From NCBI GenBank assembly GCA_963826115.1, contig CAWGVS010000011.1:64001-128000 (forward strand): 64,000 nt of DNA. Reading direction: 5' to 3'. Below are positions 35,406-45,096 of this stretch, in pieces. The position numbers and the translations under genes were made by a program. The notes beneath the pieces were generated by a model. The model did no database searches. It was not told where the DNA came from and was given only the letters and a program-made list of their open reading frames with translations. Source of the stretch: an uncultured Candidatus Rokubacteria bacterium. Its GTDB lineage: Bacteria > Methylomirabilota > Methylomirabilia > Rokubacteriales > DASRDR01. Numbering within the stretch: the stretch's first letter is position 1; each line of letters opens with the position of its first letter.

Positions 35406-37492
35406 GACGACGCCTCCTGGCCGATCTTCTTCACGTCGACGAGATCAAAGATGTCGACGGCCAGATGCTTGCCCTTGACGGTCACGCTTCCGAGGGGGCG
35501 GACCTCCACGTGGTCCCGTACCAGCTCGTAGGTGCCCTGGCTGATGATGATGTGGCGGGCGGTCTGGTAGTCCTTGTTGAGGCTCTCGAGCCGAGCGCCC
35601 AGGTTCACCTGGTCCCCGATGACCGTGTAGGTGAAGCGCTGTGACGAACCGAAGTTCCCCACCAGCATCTCTCCCGTCGCGATACCGAAGCCCGTGACGA
35701 ACGGCTCCCGCCCCTCCGCCTGCCATTTCTCGTTGAGGCGGGCCACCACCTCGGACATTTCGACTGCAGCCCGACATGCCTGGAGTGCGTGATCCGGGTT
35801 GTCGAAGGGTGCGCCGAAGAACGCCATCGTAGCATCGCCGATGAACTTGTCCAAAGTTCCCCGGTGCCGGAAGACGACCTCGACCATCGCGGTCAAGTAC
35901 TCGCGCAACGCGCCCACGACCTCCTCCGGCGAATGGTGCTCCGAGAAGGTCGTGAAGCCTCGAATGTCCGAAAACAGGACAGTCAGGATCCGGCGCTCAC
36001 CGCCGAAGGTGAGCTTGGCCGGGTCGCGTCCGATCTCCTCGACCACGGCCGGCGGGACGTACTGGCGGAACGCCTGCTTGATCCACCGTCGCTCGCGCTC
36101 CTCGGTCAACACCTGGTAAGTCACGCTCCCCACGTGGCCGACGGCGAGGGCCACCAGGGGCGGCAGGAGCAGGACCCAGAGGCCGTTGCGAAAGCCGAGG
36201 TGGACGAGGCCCGTCGTTCCGGCCGCCAGGGCGAGCGCGACCACCGTGCCCCAGATGGCCCCCACGCGGGGCAGGAGCAGGGGGCCGACGAGGCCGAGGA
36301 CGATGACGCCGATCGTCTCGATGATGGCGAGCGCTGCCGGTGTCCGGAGCCCTCGGCCTTCCAGCAGGTTGGCGATCGCGGTGGCGTGGCTTTCGACGCC
36401 GGGCATGACCGAGTCGAAGGGAGTCGGCCGGACGTCCATGAGACCGTGCGCGGTGAAGCCGACGAGGACGACCTGGTCCTTGACGTCCGGCGGCGTGGAT
36501 CCGGTGAGAACGTCGACCGCGGGGATGTTGCGGAAGGTACCCGCCGGGCCGTAGTAGGAGAGCAGCAGCACCCCGCTCTCGTCCGTCGGCACCAGCGTCG
36601 AGCCGATCTGCACGCCGCGGTCTGCCGTCACGCGAACGCGGGTCCGCGAGAGCCCGAGCGCGAGGCGCGCGGCCTCGAGCGTCAGGCTCGGATAGAGTCC
36701 CTCCCCCAGGCGGATCATCAGCTCGACGCGCCGCAGGGCGCCGTCGGCGTCGGGGTTCACGTTGACGTGGCCGTTCCCCGCGGACGCGAGGATGAATCGG
36801 GGCAGGGGAAGCTGCACGCCCGCCGCGTGGCGCGGGTCGACCGACTGCTCGGCCTCGGGGCTCGCGAAGCCCACGATCCGGCTCCGGTTGAGGAGGCGCT
36901 GGCCCTCGTCGTCGAGCGGCATGAGCTCGTGCGGCGGGAACACGAAGAAGTAGGGCAGCACGACGCGGCGGGTCGCGGCGAGCGTCTGGGCGAGCGTCGC
37001 GTCGGTGTCCGCGTCCGCCAGCGCTTCCTCGAGGCTCCGACTGAACTCGGCCGACGGCCCCTGCGCGCGCGCGAGGCCGAGGGCCCGGTAGCGCCCGGCG
37101 AGGGCGCGCGCGAGCACCAGCCGGCTGTTCTCGTCGGGCTCGTTCAGCAGGAGGTCGAGCGCGATGACCTTCGCGCCACCCTCGGTCAGGCGCTGGATGA
37201 TCTCGGCGGTGCGGGTCCGGGGCCACGGCCACCGGCCGACCAGCTCGAGGCTCAGCTCGTCGATGGCGACGATGCTGACGTTCGGCGGTGGCGTCAGGGG
37301 CCCGCGGAGCCGCGCGTGCCAGTCGAGGACGCGCAGCTCGATCTGGTCGACGAGCGTGGGTGGCGCGAAGACGCACACGAGCCCCAGCGTGATCGCGAGG
37401 CAGGCGAGGGCCGGCCGCACGAGGCGCCGGAGCGAGCGCCTCGTGTTCGGCTTCGCCGGCTGCGTCGAGGGTGCGGCCGTCTTCAGCTTCAC
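35402..37492 (-). CDS. CHASE2-domain class III adenylate cyclase (start 37492 or 37516)
   Basis: IVAIDE..GRWPWPR, DADGALRR, PGVESHA (CHASE2); 3 TM helices; FSDIRGFT, DKFIGD, YTVIGDQVNLGARLE (K/T indicates ATP specificity). Confidence 0.93.
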   Translation of the reverse strand: MKLKTAAPSTQPAKPNTRRSLRRLVRPALACLAITLGLVCVFAPPTLVDQIELRVLDWHARLRGPLTPPPNVSIVAIDELSLELVGRWPWPRTRTAEIIQRLTEGGAKVIALDLLLNEPDENSRLVLARALAGRYRALGLARAQGPSAEFSRSLEEALADADTDATLAQTLAATRRVVLPYFFVFPPHELMPLDDEGQRLLNRSRIVGFASPEAEQSVDPRHAAGVQLPLPRFILASAGNGHVNVNPDADGALRRVELMIRLGEGLYPSLTLEAARLALGLSRTRVRVTADRGVQIGSTLVPTDESGVLLLSYYGPAGTFRNIPAVDVLTGSTPPDVKDQVVLVGFTAHGLMDVRPTPFDSVMPGVESHATAIANLLEGRGLRTPAALAIIETIGVIVLGLVGPLLLPRVGAIWGTVVALALAAGTTGLVHLGFRNGLWVLLLPPLVALAVGHVGSVTYQVLTEERERRWIKQAFRQYVPPAVVEEIGRDPAKLTFGGERRILTVLFSDIRGFTTFSEHHSPEEVVGALREYLTAMVEVVFRHRGTLDKFIGDATMAFFGAPFDNPDHALQACRAAVEMSEVVARLNEKWQAEGREPFVTGFGIATGEMLVGNFGSSQRFTYTVIGDQVNLGARLESLNKDYQTARHIIISQGTYELVRDHVEVRPLGSVTVKGKHLAVDIFDLVDVKKIGQEASS

Positions 37493-37638
37493 GGGTGGCG
37501 CGATCTTAGCATGCACCCCCGCCAGGCCTCGATTCTCGGCGTGCCCGCCGATACACGCGGCGCGCGGCGGGCCAGCTGCGGCTAGCTGCGGCTAAGTGTC
37601 GAGAAGTCAACGTCCGACGCCGTAGTATCATCCATGCC

Positions 37639-38265
37639 ATGGCACCCTTTGCAGGCGCTCCGGCGGCGCCCCGCAACGTGATCCTGGTCGGCTTCATGGG
37701 CGCAGGGAAGTCCACCGTCGGGCGTCTCCTCGCGCGTCGCCTGGGCCGCTGCTTCGTGGAGACCGACGCGATGATCACGGCGCGCGAGGGCCGCTCCATC
37801 CCCGAGATCTTCGAGACGCGCGGCGAGCCCTACTTCCGCCAGCTCGAGGGGGAGGTGCTGGAGGCGCTCACGGACAAGCGCGATCACGTGGTCGCGACGG
37901 GCGGGGGTTTTCCGTGCGCGCCCGGGGCCATGGACCGACTTCTCCAGCTCGGCACGGTCGTCTGGCTCGCGGCCGACTTCGAGGCGGCCTACGCCCGGGC
38001 CAACCGCGTCGGCGGGCGGCCCATGCTGGCGGGTCGCTCGATGGAGGAGGCCGCGGCACTCTACCGGGTCCGGCAGGACGTCTACCGTCGGGCCCACCTC
38101 GCCCTCGACACCTCGCGCATGACGGTGGACGCCGTGGTCGGGCGGATCATGCGTCACCTTCGAGACCGCGAGGGCGTCGTCCGTCGGGCCGAGGCGCCCG
38201 TCGAGCCCCGTCCGTCCGCGGACCTGCCCGCCGCGGTGGGTGAGCGTCGGGAGGGGGATGCGTAG
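37639..38265 (+). CDS. aroK: Shikimate kinase
   Basis: GFMGAGKSTVG, GEPYFRQLE, ATGGG, RPML. Confidence 0.93.
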   Translation: MAPFAGAPAAPRNVILVGFMGAGKSTVGRLLARRLGRCFVETDAMITAREGRSIPEIFETRGEPYFRQLEGEVLEALTDKRDHVVATGGGFPCAPGAMDRLLQLGTVVWLAADFEAAYARANRVGGRPMLAGRSMEEAAALYRVRQDVYRRAHLALDTSRMTVDAVVGRIMRHLRDREGVVRRAEAPVEPRPSADLPAAVGERREGDA

Positions 38266-38291
38266 CTCACGAGCCCTCGAGCCGCGGGGCC

Positions 38292-40160
38292 ATGGCTAGC
38301 GAGACGGGCGCGCTCGCCCAGCGGCTCCAGCGGGGGCCGCTCCTCGCCGACGGCGCGATGGGCACCATGCTCTACGCCCGCGGCGTGTCGCTCGACGCGT
38401 GCTTCGACGTCCTGAACCTCCACGACCCGAAGACCGTCCAGTCGATCCACCGGGAGTACGTCGCCGCCGGGGCCGACCTCGTCGAGACCAACACCTTTGG
38501 CGCCAACCGGTTCAAGCTGGCTCTTCACGGGCTCGAGGGGCGGGTCCACGAGATCAATCGCGCCGGCGCGCGGCTCGCGCGCGACGTCCGCGAGACGATG
38601 GGACGGGACGTTCTCGTGCTGGGCTCCATCGGGCCGCTCGGGAAGTACCTCTTGCCCCTCGGGACGCTCGGTGAGGCCGAGGCGGCCGCCGCGTTCCGGG
38701 AGCAGGCCGAGGCGCTGCTCGAGGGCGGCGTGGACGGGTTCGTCGCGGAAACGTTCTCCGACTTCCGCGAGCTCCGGCTCGCCGTCGCCGCGATCCGCGA
38801 GGTCTCGGCCGACCTGCCCGTCGTGGCCCAGATGGCGTTCAACGACGAGCACGTGACCTTCCGGGGCCAGGCGCCAGCCGAGGTCGCGCGCGACCTCGCC
38901 GCGCTGCCGGTCCAGGTGATCGGGGCCAACTGCGGCGTCGGCTCCAGCGTGCTCTACGACGTGGGGCTCCTCTTCCACGAGGCGGCGCCCCGGGCATGGC
39001 TGTCGATCCGGCCGAACGCGGGCCTCCCGAGCCGGCACGGCGAGCGCCTGATCTACCTGTCGTCGCCGGCCTACATGGCCGACTACGCCTCGCGCATGCT
39101 TGACGCCGGCGCCCGGATCGTCGGCGGTTGCTGCGGGACCACGCCCGCCCACATCCGCGCGATGCGCGAGGTCGTGGACGCGCACGCGGGCAGGGCGGAG
39201 GGGACGCGCCGCGCCGTGACGGTCGCGCCGTCCGTCCGCCCGGAGCGGGAGGAGGCGCCCGCGTTCGGGGTGACCGCCGAGCCCTCGCGGCTCCTGTCGC
39301 GCCTCCGCGCCGAGGAGTTCCTGGTCACGGTGGAGCTCGACCCGCCGCGTGGCCACAACATCGAGAAGCTCGTGCAGGGGGCGAAGCTGCTCGCCGAGCG
39401 CGGCGTGGAGGTCGTCGACATCAACGACGGGTCGCTCGGGCGGGTCCGGATGGCGGTTCTCGCGACCGCGCTCCTCGTGCGCGAGGCGACCGGCCTCGAC
39501 ATCAGCATGCACTTCACCTGCCGAGACCGGAACCTGATGGGCATCCAGGGCGACCTCCTCGGTGCCCACGCGCTCGGCGTGCGGAACATCCTGGCGATGA
39601 CCGGGGATCCCCCGCGTGGCGGCGACTACGTCAACGCGACCGCGGTCTTCGACGTCGACGCGATCGGCCTCGTCCGCATCATTGCCGGCATGAACCGAGG
39701 GGTGGACGCGGCGGGCAACTCGATCGGCGAGCCCACGGCCTTCGGCGTCGGCGTTGCGGTGGACCCCGGGGCCGCCGACCCGTCGCGCGAGATCGACCGC
39801 CTCCACACCAAGGTGGAGGCCGGCGCCATGTGGGCCCAGACGCAGCCGGTCTACGACCTCGGCCAGCTCGAGCAGTTCCTCGCGCGCCTCGGTCGGGTGC
39901 CGGTGCCGCTGATCGTCGGCATCCTGCCGCTCCACTCGTTCCGTCACGCCGAGTTTCTGCACAATGAGGTGCCCGGCATCACGATCCCGGACGGTGTCCG
40001 GGCGCGGCTCCGTGACGCGGGCGACCACGCGCTCCGGGTCGGCGTCGAGACGGCGCAGGAGATCCTGACCGCGGTGCGCCGGCGGCACGCGGGCGCGTAC
40101 CTGATGCCCTCCTTCGGACGCTACGAGGTCGTGGCCGAGGTCCTCGAGGCCCTCCGGTGA
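38292..40160 (+). CDS. yitJ: Bifunctional homocysteine S-methyltransferase / methylenetetrahydrofolate reductase
   Basis: DGAMGT, GANC, GGCCG followed by VELDPP, HFTCRDRN, TGDPP, FLHNEVPG. Confidence 0.9.
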   Translation: MASETGALAQRLQRGPLLADGAMGTMLYARGVSLDACFDVLNLHDPKTVQSIHREYVAAGADLVETNTFGANRFKLALHGLEGRVHEINRAGARLARDVRETMGRDVLVLGSIGPLGKYLLPLGTLGEAEAAAAFREQAEALLEGGVDGFVAETFSDFRELRLAVAAIREVSADLPVVAQMAFNDEHVTFRGQAPAEVARDLAALPVQVIGANCGVGSSVLYDVGLLFHEAAPRAWLSIRPNAGLPSRHGERLIYLSSPAYMADYASRMLDAGARIVGGCCGTTPAHIRAMREVVDAHAGRAEGTRRAVTVAPSVRPEREEAPAFGVTAEPSRLLSRLRAEEFLVTVELDPPRGHNIEKLVQGAKLLAERGVEVVDINDGSLGRVRMAVLATALLVREATGLDISMHFTCRDRNLMGIQGDLLGAHALGVRNILAMTGDPPRGGDYVNATAVFDVDAIGLVRIIAGMNRGVDAAGNSIGEPTAFGVGVAVDPGAADPSREIDRLHTKVEAGAMWAQTQPVYDLGQLEQFLARLGRVPVPLIVGILPLHSFRHAEFLHNEVPGITIPDGVRARLRDAGDHALRVGVETAQEILTAVRRRHAGAYLMPSFGRYEVVAEVLEALR

Positions 40161-40182
40161 CCCGGGGCCGGCAATCGAAGTC

Positions 40183-40240
40183 CGGGGTCAGGCCCCGCTC
40201 TTGATTTCGGCATGGACATCAAAGTCCGGGCCTGACCCCG
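40183..40240. repeat. REP/REPIN-like inverted repeat element
   Basis: CGGGGTCAGGCCC...GGGCCTGACCCCG 13-bp perfect arms, extended by TTGAT/ATCAA. Confidence 0.7.
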
Positions 40241-40279
40241 TCGTCTGGCTTCTGACGCGCGAGGGCGAGGACTGACCCC

Positions 40280-41467
40280 GTGGGGGCGCTGGACGGGCTC
40301 GTCGTCCTGGACCTCGCCACGTTCATCGCGGCGCCGATGTGCGCCACGCTGCTCGGCGAGTTCGGGGCGGAAGTCATCAAGGTGGAGCAGCCCGGGGTGG
40401 GGGACGACCTCCGCCGGCTCGGCCGCCAGTCGGACGGCGTGTCGCTCTGGTGGCTCTCCGACTCGCGAAACAAGAAGTCGATCACGTGCAACCTCCGGGA
40501 CCCGGCGGGGCAGGCCCTCATCCGACGCCTGTGTCGGCACGTCGACGTCGTCGCGGAGAACTTCCGGCCCGGCACCCTCGAGCGCTGGGGGCTCGGGTAC
40601 GAGGCCCTCCGAGCCGAGAACCCCCGGCTCGTGATGGTCCGGATCTCCGCGTTCGGCCAGACGGGACCCCACCGGGAGCGGCCGGGGTTCGGGCGCATCG
40701 CCGCGGCGGTTGGCGGCATCTCATATCTGTCGGGGTATCCCGACCGTCCGCCGGTGACCCCGGGAACGCCGACGGTGCCCGACTACCTGGCGGGCGTCAT
40801 GGGAGCGGTGGGGGCCCTGGTGGCGCTCCGGGCACGGGAGCGGACGGGCGAGGGGCAGATGGTCGACCTGGCGCTCTACGAGCCGATCGTGCGGATCCTG
40901 GACGACGCGATCCCCGTGTTCGGGGCGCTCGGGTACGTCCGCGAGCGCATCGGCTCGGCCGCGGAGAGCGCGGCGCCCCACAACCACTACGAGAGCCGGG
41001 ACGGGCGCTGGGTGGCGGTGGCCTGCACGAACGACCGGATGTTCGCCCGGCTGGCGCAGGCCATGGGAACACCCGGCCTCGTGGCGCGGTTTCCGGGGGT
41101 GCGGGAGCGTCTCGCCGCGCGGGCCGAGCTGGACGGGCTCGTCCAGACGTGGGTCGGCGCCCGGGACGCCGCGGAGGCCCTGGCCGCCCTCGACGCCGCC
41201 GAGGTGCCGTGCGCGCTCGTCAACTCCGTGCGGGACCTCTTCGAGGACCCGCAGATCAAGGCCCGGGAGAACATCGTCGCCGTGCCGGACGCGCGCCTGG
41301 GGACGGTCCACATGTCGGGTGTCGTGCCCCGCCTCACGGGCACGCCCGGGGAGATCCGGCATGCCGGGCCCCGCGAGCTCGGAGGCGACAACGAGGACAT
41401 CTACCTCGGCCGGCTCGGGCTCGAGCGGGCCGAGTACGACCGATTGCGAGCCGCCGGCGTAGTCTAG
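40280..41467 (+). CDS. Class III CoA-transferase (CaiB/BaiF)
   Basis: GAEVIKVE, RNKKSI, ENFRPG, ISAFGQTGP, catalytic PDY. Confidence 0.92.
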   Translation: MGALDGLVVLDLATFIAAPMCATLLGEFGAEVIKVEQPGVGDDLRRLGRQSDGVSLWWLSDSRNKKSITCNLRDPAGQALIRRLCRHVDVVAENFRPGTLERWGLGYEALRAENPRLVMVRISAFGQTGPHRERPGFGRIAAAVGGISYLSGYPDRPPVTPGTPTVPDYLAGVMGAVGALVALRARERTGEGQMVDLALYEPIVRILDDAIPVFGALGYVRERIGSAAESAAPHNHYESRDGRWVAVACTNDRMFARLAQAMGTPGLVARFPGVRERLAARAELDGLVQTWVGARDAAEALAALDAAEVPCALVNSVRDLFEDPQIKARENIVAVPDARLGTVHMSGVVPRLTGTPGEIRHAGPRELGGDNEDIYLGRLGLERAEYDRLRAAGVV

Positions 41468-41482
41468 GTGCAGGGAGGACTC

Positions 41483-42460
41483 ATGCTGATCCGAATTCCG
41501 GGACCGAACGACCCGCGGCCGTCCGAGATCACCCCGCGCGGCGTGTACGTGAACCGCCGGGCCTTCATGGCCGGCGCCGCCGCCGCCGTGGGGGCCGTGA
41601 CGCTGGCCGGCTCCGAGGCGACGACGGAGGCCGCCCTCAAGCCCGCGGCGAAGGGGCAGCCCCTGACCGCGGCGCGCAACCAGGGACTGAGCCTGGCCGA
41701 TCCGCCGACGCCGTGGGACAGCGCCACCACGTACAACAACTTCTACGAGTTCGGCACCGACAAGTCCGACCCCGCGCTGAACGCGCACACCCTTCGGACC
41801 CGTCCGTGGACGGTCGAGGTGGGCGGGCTCGTCCAGAAGCCGAAGACCTTCGACATCGAGGAGATCATGAAGCTGGCGCCCCTCGAGGAGCGCGTGTACG
41901 CCCTCCGCTGCGTCGAGGGCTGGTCGATGGTGATCCCGTGGATCGGGTATCCCCTGTCGGCTCTGCTGAAGCGAGTCGAGCCCACCAGCGCCGCCAAGTA
42001 CGTGGAGTTCCTGACGCTCGTCGACCCCGAGCAGATGCCCGGCACCAAGCCGAGCTTCTTCGGCTCGTCGCTCGACTGGCCCTACGTGGAGGGGCTCCGG
42101 CTCGACGAGGCGATGCACCCGCTGGCCCTCCTCACCGTGGGCATGTACGGGGTCGTGCTGGCGAACCAGAACGGCGCGCCGCTCCGGGTGGTGGTGCCCT
42201 GGAAGTACGGGTTCAAGAGCGCGAAGTCCATCGTGAAGATCCGCCTGGTGTCGGAGGAGCCGAAGACCAGCTGGAACAAGGCGGCGGCGAACGAGTACGG
42301 CTTCTACTCGAACGTCAACCCGAACGTGGACCACCCGCGGTGGAGCCAGGCGACCGAGCGGCGGATCGGGGAGTTCCGGCGCCGCAAAACCCTCATGTTC
42401 AACGGCTACGAGCAGGTCGCGTCGCTCTACACGGGAATGGACCTCAAGAAGAGCTACTAG
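41483..42460 (+). CDS. msrP: Protein-methionine-sulfoxide reductase catalytic subunit
   Basis: Tat [45 protein letters not shown]. Confidence 0.96.
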   Translation: MLIRIPGPNDPRPSEITPRGVYVNRRAFMAGAAAAVGAVTLAGSEATTEAALKPAAKGQPLTAARNQGLSLADPPTPWDSATTYNNFYEFGTDKSDPALNAHTLRTRPWTVEVGGLVQKPKTFDIEEIMKLAPLEERVYALRCVEGWSMVIPWIGYPLSALLKRVEPTSAAKYVEFLTLVDPEQMPGTKPSFFGSSLDWPYVEGLRLDEAMHPLALLTVGMYGVVLANQNGAPLRVVVPWKYGFKSAKSIVKIRLVSEEPKTSWNKAAANEYGFYSNVNPNVDHPRWSQATERRIGEFRRRKTLMFNGYEQVASLYTGMDLKKSY

Positions 42461-42476
42461 GCGAGGGAGCGGCGCC

Positions 42477-43046
42477 GTGGCGCGGATCGAGGGGGTGCGG
42501 GCGAGCGATCCGGGCGACGAGTACGTCCAGAAGATCCTGGCCGCCCAGGCCAAGCACTGGGGCGCGCCCCTCCTGAACCACCTCGTCTACGCGCGCCGGC
42601 CGTCCATCTTCCGCGGGGCGCGCGGGATGTGGACCGGGATCGACGCCTCGGGGCTGATCGACGAGGCGCTCAAGGCCCTGGTCAACCGGCGCGTGGCGTC
42701 GCTCAACCGCTGCGAGTTCTGACAGGACCTCAACGCTGCCGTGGGCAGCGCCCTCGGGGTCTCGGACGAGAAGATCCTCGCCCTCGGCGAGTACGCGACG
42801 AGCGCGCTGTACGACGAGGCCGAGCGGGTGGCGCTCGAGTACGCCGACGCCATGACGCTGACCCACCGCGAGGTCGACGACGCCCTCTTCGCCCGCCTGC
42901 GCCGGTCCTACGACGACGACGCGATCGTCGAGCTCACCGCGGTGATCGCCTGGGAGAACGCGTCCAGCAAGTTCAACCGGGCGCTCCGCGTGCCCTCGCA
43001 GGGATTGTGGCGTCGGCCCGGCCCGCCGGCCGCGGCGGGCCCGTAG
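42477..43046 (+). CDS. AhpD/CMD-like peroxidase, probable selenoprotein (CEFU, TGA at 42720-42722)
   Basis: NRCEF*QDLNAAVG stays in frame into the 101-aa ORF; homologous to 10363-10926; hairpin 11 nt downstream. Confidence 0.87.
42734..42750 (+). promoter_or_regulatory. Putative bacterial SECIS element
   Basis: CGCTGCC-GTG-GGCAGCG, perfect 7-bp stem beginning 11 nt after the TGA. Confidence 0.78.
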
Positions 43047-43068
43047 CCACCCCGGGACCGGTTGCGGT

Positions 43069-43719
43069 ATGACCCGACGGTGGCGCATCGGGCTGAAGGT
43101 CGTCGTGTGGGCGGGGTGCCTCGCCCCGCTGGTCGCGCTCCTCTGGCGGCTCTACGCGGACCCGCTCGTGACGAATCCCATCGACGTCGCGACGGACACC
43201 CTCGGGGACTGGACGCTCCGGCTCCTCCTCCTCGCCCTCACGATGACGCCGCTTCGCCTCCTGTTCGGGCTGTCCTGGCCGGTGACGCTCCGGCGCCTTC
43301 TGGGCCTCTTCGGCTTCTTCTACGCGTGCCTGCACTTCGGCGTCTGGCTGGTCGTCGACCACTTCTTCGACTGGCCCGAGATGGCCAAGGACATCGTGAA
43401 GCGTCCGTACGTGACGGTGGGCTTCACGGCGCTCGTGCTGCTCCTGCCGCTCGCGGCGACCTCGACGGCGGGGATGATCCGGCGCCTCGGACCGGTGGCC
43501 TGGCGACGGCTGCACCGCCTCGCATACGTGATCGGCGTGCTGGGCGTGCTCCACTACTTCTGGCTCGCGAAGGTCGGCGTGCGGGGGCCGTACTACTACG
43601 CCCTGTGGCTTCTCGTGGTGCTCTCCGTCCGGATCGTGGACGCCGTCCGGCGCCGGCTGCGCGCGCGGCGACGGACTCTGGGCCCGGTGCTCGCACCCGG
43701 TCCCGCGCGACCGGCCTGA
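43069..43719 (+). CDS. msrQ: Protein-methionine-sulfoxide reductase heme-binding subunit
   Basis: RRLLGL, FYACLH, KRPY, PLAATS, WRRLHRLAY, LHYFW. Confidence 0.95.
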   Translation: MTRRWRIGLKVVVWAGCLAPLVALLWRLYADPLVTNPIDVATDTLGDWTLRLLLLALTMTPLRLLFGLSWPVTLRRLLGLFGFFYACLHFGVWLVVDHFFDWPEMAKDIVKRPYVTVGFTALVLLLPLAATSTAGMIRRLGPVAWRRLHRLAYVIGVLGVLHYFWLAKVGVRGPYYYALWLLVVLSVRIVDAVRRRLRARRRTLGPVLAPGPARPA

Positions 43720-43818
43720 GGCGCTCGCCGTCGCCCGGGCCGCCTCCCCTCGCGCGGGCGCTTGTGCTACCGTGATCGTCGCTCGGCCGGGTGGTCCTGA
43801 GCGGCCGGAGGGGGGACG

Positions 43819-44082
43819 ATGGTGAGAGGCTTCCTTGCGGGATTCGTGGCAGGCGCGACCGTCGTGTGGTTCTTCCGCGACGATATCCAGGCTTACTTCG
43901 ACGAGCAGGCGCGGCTGGCCCGCGTGAGCACGGCCGACCGCCTCCACGCGGTCGAGGAGACGGCCGAGCGGGTGTTCGATCGCGCGTCCGGGCCGATCCG
44001 GCGCGCCGAGGAGATGCTCGACCACGGCAAGGCGCAGGTCAGCGAGACCCTGCTCGCCGCCGAGCGCACCATCCGTCCCTAG
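43819..44082 (+). CDS. Small membrane-anchored hypothetical protein (YtxH-like)
   Basis: GFLAGFVAGA N-terminal helix followed by a charged helical tail; GGAGG RBS. Confidence 0.6.
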   Translation: MVRGFLAGFVAGATVVWFFRDDIQAYFDEQARLARVSTADRLHAVEETAERVFDRASGPIRRAEEMLDHGKAQVSETLLAAERTIRP

Positions 44083-44090
44083 TCAGGCTT

Positions 44091-44170
44091 CGGGGTCAGG
44101 CCCGGAGTTTGGGTTTCCCGCCGGCGGCCGCCGGCGCAGGGCCCGGATATCAAAACTAAGGCCTGACCCC
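44091..44170. repeat. REP/REPIN-like inverted repeat element
   Basis: GGGGTCAGGCC...GGCCTGACCCC; left arm matches the reverse complement of the 40183 element right arm at 20 of 21 nt. Confidence 0.7.
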
Positions 44171-44175
44171 CGAGT

Positions 44176-45096
44176 CTAGGTCCGGAGGCGGGGGTCCATC
44201 GCGTCCCGGACCGCGTCGCCGAAGAGGTTCAGCCCGAAGACCGCCACCGCGATCGTCGCCCCGGGGAAGATCGCGAGCCACGGCGCGTTCCGCATGTTCT
44301 TCTGCGCCTCGTAGAGCATGTTGCCCCACGTGGGGCGCGGCGGGGCCTCGCCCAGCCCGAGGAACGACAACGCCGCCTCGGCCAGCAAGACCTCCGCGAA
44401 GTACAGGCTGCACTGCACGATCACCACCGAGAGGCAGTTCGGCACCACCGTCCGCAGGATGAGCCGGCGGGCCGACGTGCCGAGGGCGCGCGAGGCGGTG
44501 ACGTACTCCTGCGCCATGACCGACAGCGCGATCCCCCGGGTCATCCGCGCGATGCGCGGGAAGTACACGACGCTGAGCGCGATGACGATGCTCCGGCCGC
44601 CCGTTCCGAGCGCGGCGCCGACGGCCACCGCCAGGAGCAGGGCCGGGAACGACATCAGGACGTCGAGGGCCCGCATCAGGAGGCCCGCCACGCGCGGCGG
44701 CGCCGTCGCCCCCAGGATGCCGACCAGGACGCCGGGGACCCCGGCCAGCAGGATCGTGAGGGCGCCGATCGCCAGGCTGAAGCCTGCACCGTGGACCACG
44801 CGGCTGAAGACGTCGCGCCCCAGATGATCGCTGCCGAACCAGAATGCCGAGCCGGGCGGCGTGAAACGCTGCGAGACGTTCATGCGGACCGGGTTCTGGA
44901 GGGGGAAGTAGGGCGCGAGGAGCGCCATCACGACCAGGCCGAGCACGATCGCGGCGCCGACGACCGACAGCGGATTCCGGCGCATCCATCGCCGGGCGCG
45001 CGCCCACGCGGAGCGCCGCGGCAGCAGGGCCGCCGCGAGGGCCGTGTGCGCCTCGCCCGGCGCCGATGTTTCCATCGCTGCGCCCGGACCCGGCAT
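44176..45096 (-). CDS. ABC transporter permease (DppC-like)
   Basis: FGSDHLGRD, EYVTASRALG, LSFLGLG, DAMDPR; TGATG overlap with upstream permease. Confidence 0.92.
   Translation of the reverse strand: MPGPGAAMETSAPGEAHTALAAALLPRRSAWARARRWMRRNPLSVVGAAIVLGLVVMALLAPYFPLQNPVRMNVSQRFTPPGSAFWFGSDHLGRDVFSRVVHGAGFSLAIGALTILLAGVPGVLVGILGATAPPRVAGLLMRALDVLMSFPALLLAVAVGAALGTGGRSIVIALSVVYFPRIARMTRGIALSVMAQEYVTASRALGTSARRLILRTVVPNCLSVVIVQCSLYFAEVLLAEAALSFLGLGEAPPRPTWGNMLYEAQKNMRNAPWLAIFPGATIAVAVFGLNLFGDAVRDAMDPRLRT

Noticed and set aside
41465-41485. CoA-transferase-MsrP fusion through an in-frame TAG
   Set aside because: msrP has its own GGAGG RBS and an N-terminal Tat signal
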